Part shown: one piece after another, positions 47,342 through 56,346 of the stretch
How positions within the stretch are numbered: the first letter of the stretch is position 1
Layout of the letters: each line of letters starts with the position of its first letter
Assembly (NCBI GenBank): GCA_050246755.1
Contig: JBFWVL010000002.1
Coordinates: 96,001-160,000 of the forward strand
Length of the DNA stretch: 64,000 bases
DNA from: Bacteriovoracia bacterium
GTDB taxonomy: Bacteria > Bdellovibrionota > UBA1018 > CAIPTA01
Reading direction: 5' to 3'
Notes under the pieces: model-generated
Told to the model about the DNA's origin: nothing
Database searches by the model: none
The model's input: the letters and a program-made list of their open reading frames with translations, nothing else
Made by a program: the position numbers and the translations under genes

Positions 47342-48870
47342 GTTAGTTCGACCGGCTTTTGCTGGATCACCTTAGGTTTGGTTTGCGCGTGAGAGCTTTT
47401 CGCCCACAGCGGATGTTGCGCGGGCAAGGGTAGGCGGCGGATCGGCTGCAGCAGCTTATCGCGGATATCCTCGAAATATTCGGGATTGGCCTCCTGCAGC
47501 GCTTTATCGAAAACCCCGAGGCTTTCGCCTTCGTGATTAGATTGTTCTGGATGCGCGAACAATAACCCCGAGGCATCCGCCGCCGGCGCCAGGATCCATG
47601 GAGAAGGAAATTCCAACCCGGAATTTTTCAGCGCGTTAAGCACGTGGGTCTCGCTGATGCGGGTATGCCCGAGGCTCACGGTATTTCCCGCTTTTTCCAC
47701 GAATTCAAGAATGGGCGAACGGTGGAAAAAACCCGTGCAGCGCACGATATCGTAGAGACGAAAACGCACGAATCCCATTTTGGTGGTGAGCAGAATTTCG
47801 TAGTTTTTCCCGGGTTCCAAATCCCAGGGTTTTAAAATGTTTTTTCCCGGCTCTTCGCCCGCCGGAAAAAATTCGGTAACGAGGGCGCCGGGATGAAGCG
47901 GGCCGCCCGCTTTATCGCTATAGAGCGGCACGGTTACCCAACCTTCGGTGGCGGAGTAGGTGGCGTCTACCACCGGAACTTCTCCGCGCAGCCAGGGATC
48001 CAGGCGTGGCAGCTGCAGGCCGCAGGTGGCGGTTTTCCAGCAGCAAACAAATTCCAAGGAAGGCCAAACGCTACGGTAAGAAAAATGCTTTTCTTTTTTC
48101 TTGAAGGCATTGCGGAGCAGGGCCACCCGTTCCGCGCTCACCTTCACCTTCGGCAGCCCATCGGCGGGCGGGGAATTAATCCTTCCTTCGAGGTAGGGCC
48201 AGTAGGAGTCGATATTTTTTTCGATGGCCAGCGAGAACTGCTCGAGCATGGAAGGCGTGATCGCGATCATGGCGGATAGATCCGTGGCGAGCGCGTAGAG
48301 CGGGCCCCAGCGGAAGAAAAAATCGCGGTCGCGGAATACGCCTAGGGGAAAAGCATATTTTTTCGCGAGAAGCGGAGGAATATTGCGGTAGTTATAGCCG
48401 CTGATAAATCCTTTCTCCACGCCCGCCGGCGATTTTTCGGTGGGAAGAGTGGCGGCAAAATACAGCACGGGCTTACCCAGGAAATCTTTAAACCGCTGCG
48501 TGAGGCTATGCAGAAAAGGGGGAGTGGTGCTTTGGAAGCTTTTTTTGTACGCCGGGGTAATCGGATAGATTTTCGCTTTACCGGTGGTGCCCCCGCTCTC
48601 TGACCAAAAAAGGATTTTGCCGCCCGTGAGCGCCGAGATATCGGAGCTATAGCTGGCATCCAGGGCTCCGCGGTAGTCTTCGTAGTCGGTTACGGGATAA
48701 TCTTCGAGGCGGTCCTTCACGCGGCCCCGCCAGAAGTCTCCGCGGCGCAGCTCGTCTTTGGTTTCCGCCCACACGCGGGCCTGGGCGGTTTCAATTTGCT
48801 CGCAGTCGCGCACGAAGCTGCGGTACTTTGGGTAGGTGAGGGCGCGAATGATTTTGGTCGTAATGGCCAT
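47338..48870 (-). CDS. GH3-family acyl-acid amido synthetase
   Basis: PVTDYEDY, SESGGTTGKAKIYPIT, TYSATEG, Y.ILLTT..G..RFRL.DIVRC.GF...P.LEF. Confidence 0.85.
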   Translation of the reverse strand: MAITTKIIRALTYPKYRSFVRDCEQIETAQARVWAETKDELRRGDFWRGRVKDRLEDYPVTDYEDYRGALDASYSSDISALTGGKILFWSESGGTTGKAKIYPITPAYKKSFQSTTPPFLHSLTQRFKDFLGKPVLYFAATLPTEKSPAGVEKGFISGYNYRNIPPLLAKKYAFPLGVFRDRDFFFRWGPLYALATDLSAMIAITPSMLEQFSLAIEKNIDSYWPYLEGRINSPPADGLPKVKVSAERVALLRNAFKKKEKHFSYRSVWPSLEFVCCWKTATCGLQLPRLDPWLRGEVPVVDATYSATEGWVTVPLYSDKAGGPLHPGALVTEFFPAGEEPGKNILKPWDLEPGKNYEILLTTKMGFVRFRLYDIVRCTGFFHRSPILEFVEKAGNTVSLGHTRISETHVLNALKNSGLEFPSPWILAPAADASGLLFAHPEQSNHEGESLGVFDKALQEANPEYFEDIRDKLLQPIRRLPLPAQHPLWAKSSHAQTKPKVIQQKPVELT

Positions 48871-48912
48871 AGGAAGACGGTACAATTTTGTCTCGGAAAA
48901 GGGGAGAAAAGT

Positions 48913-49635
48913 ATGGCAAAAAATTCTAGCCGCGTGGCCACCGGTCTCCCTTCCTACGCTTACCTGATAATCGACTTAGTAAGTTTTTTGCTATCGGTGG
49001 GGCCTGGCGCGATCGCGTTCGGTGCCACGCTATTGTATCTGCGTCATTTTTGGTATTCCCCGCTTTTTCCGCTCTACGCTTTATTGGCGGTACTCCCATT
49101 GGTGATCTGTTTTCTGCTGGCGGTTTTTTGTTTGCGGTTGTTGGTTCCGCGCCTGAAAAAAGGCGTTTACCCAATGGCCGTAAACCTCGGAATGTTTTCC
49201 TGGTATTGCAATTTGGCGCTTTCCCGCGCGGCGCAAGTAAGCGGCCTCAGCCCTCTTTTAAATAGCTTTTATATTACGAAATTCCTGCATTGGCGTGCGC
49301 TCGGGATGAAAATTGCGTTCGGGGTGAATACCTCGATCGGCGTGAGCTTCGTGGATTTGCCGATGATCCGCGTGGGCAAAGGCTGTACGATCTCGGAAGG
49401 GGTGCATATCGCTTGCCATACCTTCGTGGGCGACCGTTTGCTGATCATTCCCGTAGAGATTGGAGAAAATGTTTTCATCGGCATGAATTGCGTGATCGGG
49501 CCCAAAACTCGTCTTGGGGACCGGGCGTGGATCGGAATGAATAATTTAATTTCGGAAGGAATTCCCGCCGACGCTAAGCTCGAGAATTTTGCGTGGGAGC
49601 ACGGGAATCCTGAGCGAGCCCCCGCCAAAGACTGA
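48913..49635 (+). CDS. Membrane-anchored left-handed beta-helix acyltransferase-like protein
   Basis: Two TM helices, KKGVYP, RALGMKI, hexapeptide repeats VGKGCTI/IGENVFIG/LGDRAWIG; GGGGAG RBS. Confidence 0.75.
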   Translation: MAKNSSRVATGLPSYAYLIIDLVSFLLSVGPGAIAFGATLLYLRHFWYSPLFPLYALLAVLPLVICFLLAVFCLRLLVPRLKKGVYPMAVNLGMFSWYCNLALSRAAQVSGLSPLLNSFYITKFLHWRALGMKIAFGVNTSIGVSFVDLPMIRVGKGCTISEGVHIACHTFVGDRLLIIPVEIGENVFIGMNCVIGPKTRLGDRAWIGMNNLISEGIPADAKLENFAWEHGNPERAPAKD

Positions 49636-50665
49636 TCGCTGCCGTACCAAGCAATATTCCCGCGAGCGCCCAGCGTTGGAAGGCCTCGTCTTGGGTGCGC
49701 CACTGCCAGAGAATCGCCGGCACGAAGGCCATCGGTAAATCGGTCACCAGCATCCATACCGAATTGTGCCGGCCTATTTTTTCCGGCTTATCCCAACCGA
49801 GGCGGCCCACCGCGATCGTCACGAATACTCCGTACCAATAGCCGAGCGCCGCGAGCGCGGGCCACCATGCCCAAGCCGTTCCGCCGAGGGCGGCTTCAAG
49901 GCCGAAAAAGCCCAGTAAGGAAAAAATAGTAGCCGCGGGGTGAGGCCGGAGGCTTCCCAAAATAAAGGAGAGGCCGAGCACCAAAAAGCTCGCGCCGGCC
50001 ACCGCCGCGCTTAAGTGCAGGGTACTCTGCGCCCACCAGGCGAGGTTGGGTTCCCAGCCCACGGCGAGCGCTTTGGCGGCCGTTAAGCCAAGGACGAACC
50101 AGAATACCGTGCGCGGCGCCTCGCTGCATTCTTCGTGGGCGGGAAGGATCGCTTCCACGCGGCGGTACAAGCTGCACTGAAAAAATAGAAAGACCGCGTT
50201 TAGCGTGGCCAGCGCGAGGATGGCTTCCACCGGGCCGAGCGGAAGGAGCGCGTAGCCCACGAAGGGCCCGAGGATCATGCCGAGTCCGCCGATGCCGAGA
50301 AGCTTTGCCACGGACGCCCGGAACGCGGCCGGTTCGGGGGCCAGTAAGCGCAGAAAGCCGAACGTGGAGAGGGTGCCTTGTGCCAGCGCGATTCCTTCGA
50401 GGGAGCGGCCTACCCAAGGATAATGGGGAAGCAAGGCCACGGCGGCGAGCGCGATACACTGCACGATCAGCGCTAGGGTGAGAGCCCTCCCGCTGCCCAC
50501 GCGATCGTTCACGAACCCAGCCGGGACGAGCCAGAGTAATTTGCAAAGCAGAAAAGCGGTAAAGGCCCAACCCGCGATGTCTTCATTCAAATGGGGAACG
50601 ATCGGGAGCAGTACCCCGTAGGTAAAATTAAAGAGAAAGGAGAGGGCGAAGAGAAAAGATAGCAA
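49574..50665 (-). CDS. MFS transporter
   Basis: PAGFVNDRVG motif A, GRSLEG, G.ILGP.VG, many TM helices. Confidence 0.75.
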   Translation of the reverse strand: MLSFLFALSFLFNFTYGVLLPIVPHLNEDIAGWAFTAFLLCKLLWLVPAGFVNDRVGSGRALTLALIVQCIALAAVALLPHYPWVGRSLEGIALAQGTLSTFGFLRLLAPEPAAFRASVAKLLGIGGLGMILGPFVGYALLPLGPVEAILALATLNAVFLFFQCSLYRRVEAILPAHEECSEAPRTVFWFVLGLTAAKALAVGWEPNLAWWAQSTLHLSAAVAGASFLVLGLSFILGSLRPHPAATIFSLLGFFGLEAALGGTAWAWWPALAALGYWYGVFVTIAVGRLGWDKPEKIGRHNSVWMLVTDLPMAFVPAILWQWRTQDEAFQRWALAGILLGTAAISLWRGLAQDSRAPTQNSRA

Positions 50666-50668
50666 TAG

Positions 50669-51442
50669 CTAGTCCTTCACGGGCTTGCGTAAATTCTCTT
50701 GGGTGAAAATCGAGTCGGGGATCGCTTCGTCGAAGGCCACTTCGTCGTATTTCAGGATAGTACGCGAATCGCCTTTTTTTAGATTGCGCATCACGAGCTC
50801 AGTCGGAATGGTTCGGACGCCGAAGGTCTTTACGTCTTTGCCTTCCATTACTTTGAGGAGCTCGCCGTTCTCGCTATAAAATTCCTGCTTGAGCGGAACG
50901 CCGTCTCCCGCGCGCACCCAGGCGACTACTTTTCCCCAAACCACCGGCGCATTGGGCTTGGGCACGCATTCGATTTTTACGGCGTCGAAGGCCTCGTATT
51001 TTTCGCGGCCCAATAGTTTGTGGGTATAGTCGCGGGTGAGCGAGCTGGTTTTTACGAGGTCGTCGTTGGTGAAATCGGATCCCATCCAGCTTTGGAGCAT
51101 GAGGCTGGGCGGAATTTTGATGATGCGTTCCACGTTGGGCAGGTATTGCCAGAGGTTGAGATCGATGCGCAAATTGCCCGAATCCCGGTCCTTGGAGGGA
51201 GAAAGCACTTTCACGAAAGACTTTTCGCGGCCGATCGACCAGTTGCGCAGCACCAAGGTACGCTTGGCCCCGCTATGCTCCACCGTCATGGTCATTTTCC
51301 CGCGGAAACTTTTTCCGCGCAGGTGATTTTCGGATTTTTCAATCAGCGCATCCGCGTCGTCGGCGGAAGTTTTTTTTGCTTTGGCGGAAGCTTCCAGCGG
51401 CAGAAGAAAAGTTAGGGCTAGGACAAGAGCTAGATTTTTCAT
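50669..51442 (-). CDS. LolA-like outer membrane lipoprotein-sorting family protein
   Basis: Signal peptide; LWQYLP.VER.IKIPPS.M.QSWMGSDFTNDD, IPD.IFT..NL. Confidence 0.85.
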   Translation of the reverse strand: MKNLALVLALTFLLPLEASAKAKKTSADDADALIEKSENHLRGKSFRGKMTMTVEHSGAKRTLVLRNWSIGREKSFVKVLSPSKDRDSGNLRIDLNLWQYLPNVERIIKIPPSLMLQSWMGSDFTNDDLVKTSSLTRDYTHKLLGREKYEAFDAVKIECVPKPNAPVVWGKVVAWVRAGDGVPLKQEFYSENGELLKVMEGKDVKTFGVRTIPTELVMRNLKKGDSRTILKYDEVAFDEAIPDSIFTQENLRKPVKD

Positions 51443-52665
51443 ACGGATCGCATTGCCTCCACGGGTTTCAGCATCGAAGCGCGCCAAGCGGGATAGAGCC
51501 CGGCCAGCACGATAAAGCCCATCATGGTACCGACGGACTTCAGGAACGGAACAAATTTAAAAACGGGATAGATCGTTAGATCCAAACGGAACTGGTCGAG
51601 CGAAGAATGATCGCCGAGGAAAGGTTTTAGGTCGAAACCATATTTTTGGTGGTAGGCCACCACTGCGGCCCCTAGTAAAACGCCGGCTACGCTGGCCACG
51701 AAACCGAGCACCAGGCTTTCGAGCACCACGAGGGCGCGCAGCTGCCAGGGCGTGGTGCCGAGGGCGATCATCACGCCGAATTCCCGGGTGCGCTCAAACA
51801 CGCTCATCAGTAAGGTATTCACTATGCCGAGCGTGATCACGATGAAGAGCATGGAAGAAATCATCACCAGCGTGGCTTCGTTGTATTTCACCATGGTGGC
51901 CATGCCGGGCAAGCTTTCCCGCCAGGTGGTAACCTTCACTCCAGCCGGAACCGACTTAGAGAGTAAATCGCGGATCTCGAATTCTTTGGCGATATCTGGA
52001 ATCCGGATCGCGAGCTCGTGAATTCCCTGGATCGCGCCTACCTTCGCCACGCAGGTTAGGGGAGCGAAGGCGTAAGACTTATCAAAGTCCGGCGAGCCGG
52101 AATCGTAGATGCCTTTCACGCGAAAGAGCTCATTGCCGAGCGTTCCGTCGGCTGCTTGGGCAAGAATTACGATCTTATTTCCCACTTGAACTTTCAGCAG
52201 GTCCGATAGTTTACGGCCGATATAGATCTGCCGCGATTCGCAATCGGGATTTGGATCGCTCACCAAGTATTCGCCTTGCGCTAAATTTTGTTTAACGTTA
52301 GTCACGCGCGCTTCCGCTTCGGGTTCGATGCCTTCGAGTTGAATGGGCACGGACTGCTCTCCGCTCGAGACGAGGGCCGGCAAGTGAATGCGCTGGGCGG
52401 CAAACGTGCCTTCGGGCAGCGCGGGAGTCACGGCCGGAAAGGAAAACTGAATAAGCCGGTCTTTCAGGTAGTCTTCCCGGAAGAGCTGGATATTTCCGGT
52501 GTAGGTGGTGGTGATGGATTCGATAATATGCTTATTACGGCCGGCGAGCACGCATTGCAGCCATAGGATTACGGCCAGGCCGAACGCGATCGTGAGCATG
52601 GTGATGATGGTGCGGCGTAAGTTGCGAAACAAATTGCGCGCGGCGATACGTAGCAAGAGCGGCAT
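51439..52665 (-). CDS. ABC transporter permease (LolC/E, FtsX-like)
   Basis: IAARNLFRNLRRT, large periplasmic loop, NTLLMSVFERTREFG, YPAWRAS.LKPVEAMR. Confidence 0.9.
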   Translation of the reverse strand: MPLLLRIAARNLFRNLRRTIITMLTIAFGLAVILWLQCVLAGRNKHIIESITTTYTGNIQLFREDYLKDRLIQFSFPAVTPALPEGTFAAQRIHLPALVSSGEQSVPIQLEGIEPEAEARVTNVKQNLAQGEYLVSDPNPDCESRQIYIGRKLSDLLKVQVGNKIVILAQAADGTLGNELFRVKGIYDSGSPDFDKSYAFAPLTCVAKVGAIQGIHELAIRIPDIAKEFEIRDLLSKSVPAGVKVTTWRESLPGMATMVKYNEATLVMISSMLFIVITLGIVNTLLMSVFERTREFGVMIALGTTPWQLRALVVLESLVLGFVASVAGVLLGAAVVAYHQKYGFDLKPFLGDHSSLDQFRLDLTIYPVFKFVPFLKSVGTMMGFIVLAGLYPAWRASMLKPVEAMRSV

Positions 52666-52753
52666 AGGCCGTTCAGTATATAGGTTTATGCTTGGCCGTC
52701 AATCGCGAGCTTTCCGCTTGGCGCGAACCCGCGGCGGCGCTACACTGACGCCA

Positions 52754-53458
52754 ATGACGGAGAAAAATAACCAGCCCGTATTAAAATTTCTTAATGTGGA
52801 AAAAATATTTCCGGGCGCGCCGCCCGTGCACGCGTTAAATAAAGTTTCTCTAGAAATCAAGCGCGGTGATTTTGCCGCGCTGATCGGTCCCTCTGGTAGC
52901 GGAAAATCCACGATGTTGAATCTCGCCGCCGGGCTCGATGTGCCCACGCATGGCACCGTGGAAATCGGCGGCCAGGACGTGAGTCGCCTCAGCCAAAACG
53001 AGCTTTGCCGCGTGCGCCGCGAGCGGCTGGGTTTTATTTTCCAGAGTTATAATCTTTTTCCCGTGCTCACCGCCGTGGAAAATGCCGAGTATACCTGCGT
53101 GATGCGCGGAGACAATCGCCAGCTGGCGAGGGAACGCGCGCTCCGCGCGCTCGAAGCCGTCGGGTTGGGGGATAAGCCGAATCGCTATCCTACCGAATTA
53201 TCCGGCGGGCAGCAGCAGCGCGTGGCCGTGGCGAGAGCGCTCACTACGGAGCCAGATTTTATCTTGGCCGACGAGCCCACCGCGAACCTGGATTCCAAGA
53301 CCGCGCTGCAGCTAATTGAACTTTTCGAGGAGCTGAATCGCTCCCTCGGAGTTACGTTTCTATTTTCCACCCACGATCATAATTTAGTGAATCGCGTGCG
53401 GCGCCAGCTCGAGATGCGGGACGGCGAGCTGCACGAGACCTTGCAAGCCTCCCACTAG
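52754..53458 (+). CDS. ABC transporter ATP-binding protein (LolD/MacB-like)
   Basis: GPSGSGKS, GFIFQSYNL, LSGGQQQRVA, ADEPTANLD, STHD. Confidence 0.93.
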   Translation: MTEKNNQPVLKFLNVEKIFPGAPPVHALNKVSLEIKRGDFAALIGPSGSGKSTMLNLAAGLDVPTHGTVEIGGQDVSRLSQNELCRVRRERLGFIFQSYNLFPVLTAVENAEYTCVMRGDNRQLARERALRALEAVGLGDKPNRYPTELSGGQQQRVAVARALTTEPDFILADEPTANLDSKTALQLIELFEELNRSLGVTFLFSTHDHNLVNRVRRQLEMRDGELHETLQASH

Positions 53459-54864
53459 AGGCCCCAGCGTTCCGGGACCGGCAAGTTAGGATCGGATTTA
53501 TATTTTTTTTCGGTCCAGACACTCAGGGCCTGGCCGATCGTATAAGGTGCGCCGCGGATGTTCAGGAGCGTAACTTTTCTCGCGTCGTCGAGCGCGGCCT
53601 GGCAACCGGGGCTACACATGCCGTCTTCGTAGAGACTTTCCATCTCGCCTACCAGTCTTCCTACGGCGGCGTCACGGGAAGGAGTGCTCCAGGTTTCCCA
53701 GGAAGCGCTGCCTTCGGGACAGCCACGCTGGTTCAAGCAGAAGTCGAAGCCGTCTTCCACGATTTTCACTCGGGCGGTAAGGCGCTCCTTGAGTAATTTT
53801 ACCTTTTCCTTCATCACGGCGGCTGAGTCCGGCTTCCAGTCGGGAATGATTTTTTTGGTCACGGCGGCTACGAAGGAATCAAAGCCTTGCACGAATTTTG
53901 GATCATACTGCTCGAGGGAATAGAAAGGCATTTCGTGGGCCGCGGCCACCGACCAGTTCTCGCCCGATTTTACCGCCCAGCGGAAACGTAGGAGGCCGGA
54001 TAAGTTTTCGCTGGGTGGCGCTCCCCAATCGAGCATTCCATACTCGGCCAGCTCTCGCACTTCTCGCGGCACATTGGAGGCTAGTACCCGGAGAGGAGAG
54101 GGGTGGTTGGAGGCTTTGATTTCGTGCAGCCATTCCGTGTGGCCGGTCTCGGCATTATAGAGGTGGATGAAAATAGTGCCCGGCAGAGTAGCCTCGCGGC
54201 TGATCTTCACGGGATAGAGATCTTTCATCAAAGAATGAGTGTAGGTATTGCGCAATAAATATTCCAGGGCGGCCCGGAAGCGCGCGTCGTCCTGCCAGTT
54301 GGTTGCCGTAGGCAACGCGGCCCACTGGGGCAGCAAGGTTTCGTTGGTGAAAAGGTCTTCGCTCACCGACAAATGATTGGCCGCCGGCAGCCCGTTTATG
54401 CGCGCGAAGATCCAGCGGAAGGCGTAGGCTGCGTCCGCACAATCGGTGGAGATTCCGTAGGTGCGAAAAAAAACCGCGTCGGTTTCGTCGGCTACCCACG
54501 CCGCGAATTTTTGTTCCCAGGCCCAGCTCCAGGCTTGCGTTACCGGCCAAATTTCTCCATCGAGAACCCGCGCTTTTTTCCCCGTTTGCACGAGCAGTAA
54601 CGGAGGCTTTCCGGGCGTAAAGCCTAAGGTCAGCTCCTCAAAGCGGGATTTGGCCCTCGCGCTATCGGCAAAGCTCTGGTGTTCGGCGAGGTCCTGGTAG
54701 AGCCCCGGTTTCTTTTCAAAGCGATCGAGTTCGTAAACCCCCGATTCCGCATGCAGCACCCAGAAGGTGAGCGTGCCGTCGGGCAAAGTGTGCCAGCGCA
54801 CCACCTCGTTGGCGAATGCGGGAATCGAAGCAAAGAAAAATAACAGTAAGGTACAGAAACGCAT
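53455..54864 (-). CDS. Secreted hypothetical protein with DCAD/GH/STPSRD motifs (paralog of 9329..10543)
   Basis: GAGGAG RBS, signal peptide; IWP....W....EQ.F..W, TDCADAAY..R.IFA..NGLP, D.YP..ISR, TGH, WSTPSRD. Confidence 0.75.
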   Translation of the reverse strand: MRFCTLLLFFFASIPAFANEVVRWHTLPDGTLTFWVLHAESGVYELDRFEKKPGLYQDLAEHQSFADSARAKSRFEELTLGFTPGKPPLLLVQTGKKARVLDGEIWPVTQAWSWAWEQKFAAWVADETDAVFFRTYGISTDCADAAYAFRWIFARINGLPAANHLSVSEDLFTNETLLPQWAALPTATNWQDDARFRAALEYLLRNTYTHSLMKDLYPVKISREATLPGTIFIHLYNAETGHTEWLHEIKASNHPSPLRVLASNVPREVRELAEYGMLDWGAPPSENLSGLLRFRWAVKSGENWSVAAAHEMPFYSLEQYDPKFVQGFDSFVAAVTKKIIPDWKPDSAAVMKEKVKLLKERLTARVKIVEDGFDFCLNQRGCPEGSASWETWSTPSRDAAVGRLVGEMESLYEDGMCSPGCQAALDDARKVTLLNIRGAPYTIGQALSVWTEKKYKSDPNLPVPERWGL

Positions 54865-54951
54865 AAGGGTTCTCCTCGCCACACTGATCGGAAGATTCGG
54901 TGCGCGGGAAGAACCCTAAATGGAGAAAAAAGAAACGGAGCCGTGTAAGCT

Positions 54952-55281
54952 TTACTGCTTACAGTGTGTGAGTTCGCCGTTCTCGAATTCGAAGCGCAAC
55001 CCGTTCAGGGTAAGCATCTCGGTGGCACCGGTGGTAGCTACGGTGCCGAGGCCGCGTACGGTAGATTCGATGAGCGGAGAATTCTTATCGCCCGGGTTCT
55101 GGCGATAGTGAAGTACCGCTTCGATGAAAGGGGCACGCAAGCTGCCGCCGATGGAAACGGTTTCGATCTTGTAGGTATTTTCTACGCCTTCGCTGCTCTG
55201 GCAGCGATAGGTACCGTCGCTATAGGCGAAAGCGGAGGTGGATACGGACAGGGATAGTGCGAGTAATAGCAAAGTTTTCAT
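54952..55281 (-). CDS. Small secreted protein
   Basis: Signal peptide MKTLLLLALSLSVSTSAFA; two Cys near the termini of the mature protein. Confidence 0.7.
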   Translation of the reverse strand: MKTLLLLALSLSVSTSAFAYSDGTYRCQSSEGVENTYKIETVSIGGSLRAPFIEAVLHYRQNPGDKNSPLIESTVRGLGTVATTGATEMLTLNGLRFEFENGELTHCKQ

Positions 55282-55302
55282 TCTCAGGTCCTTTCGTTAC
55301 GG

Positions 55303-56346
55303 TTAAAGCTTCTTCCAGAGCTGGGCGGCAAAGGATAGCCCTCCACCCACGCTCATGAAAAAGATGAGGTCATTTTTCTTAAATCGTTTCTGTTCCAGCG
55401 CATGGGCCAGGCTAAATAATACCGAAGTACCACCGAGATTGCCGAATTTATCCGCGTCCCAGATCAATTCTCCGGCGAGCCCAGTTTCTTTGATCACTTC
55501 CTCTGAAAGCATGCGGTTTACTTGGTGGGAGATGATCCATTTCACCGCGGCCCGATCTTTTTTGGTGGGGAGAACCGCATGAATCATCTCGAGGTAACGT
55601 TTCTTCGCGTGGTCTTTTAGTTGGCTGGCGTCTCCCGTGAGCGAAAACCCATTTTCGGCCAAGGCTTCGGCCGTGGGCGGAAGGTCTCCGGGAGTGGTAT
55701 AGAGATCCACTAATTTTCCATCGGTGGAATATACGCTCTTTAAAATTTTATAGTCGCCCTTGGTTTTTGCTTTGCGTAATCCTATCGCCGCGCCGGCATC
55801 GGCCAGGCCGAACCAAGTATCGCGCACGCCGGGATGCACCACTTTTGAGAGCGTTTCGGCACAGGAAACTAAAACCGAATCGTAACCTTGGCTGAGCAAG
55901 GCTTGGCTCAGGTGCAACGTAGCGAGGGAGGTGGAGCAGCCGGCCTTCAATTCGTAGGCGGGAATCTCCATATTGAATTTTGCCAGCACCGAGGTGGCTT
56001 GGGAGCCGGTATAGCGGCGCGTGGTGGTGGAGCCGAGGAGAAAAGCCTCGGGCTTAAATTTAGGATTTTTTGCGAGGAGATGGCCCACGGCTTTCCCCGC
56101 CAAGGATTCCGAGCTTTCTTCGTTGGCGTGATCCGCTTTGCTCCAGGGTTTTCGCGTCATGTGCCGCTGCTCGAAACCGTAGGCGCGGGCCACGCGTTTC
56201 CCGAGCTCTTGCAAAAGTGCCTCAGGCTTATCGCTGGTATCGGGGTGGTGCTTCAGTAATTCCGCATTAGAGAGCGGCGCACCATCCGGCCATGCGCGCC
56301 CAACGCCCTCTACTTTTACGATTAAGTTTGGCTTCAGCACTTTCAT
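55303..56346 (-). CDS. FabH/KAS III-like ketosynthase (copy 1, divergent)
   Basis: Cys-His-Asn triad: KAGCS, ISHQVN, FGNLGG; SVGGGLS; AAAGGA RBS before ATG 56346. Confidence 0.85.
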   Translation of the reverse strand: MKVLKPNLIVKVEGVGRAWPDGAPLSNAELLKHHPDTSDKPEALLQELGKRVARAYGFEQRHMTRKPWSKADHANEESSESLAGKAVGHLLAKNPKFKPEAFLLGSTTTRRYTGSQATSVLAKFNMEIPAYELKAGCSTSLATLHLSQALLSQGYDSVLVSCAETLSKVVHPGVRDTWFGLADAGAAIGLRKAKTKGDYKILKSVYSTDGKLVDLYTTPGDLPPTAEALAENGFSLTGDASQLKDHAKKRYLEMIHAVLPTKKDRAAVKWIISHQVNRMLSEEVIKETGLAGELIWDADKFGNLGGTSVLFSLAHALEQKRFKKNDLIFFMSVGGGLSFAAQLWKKL

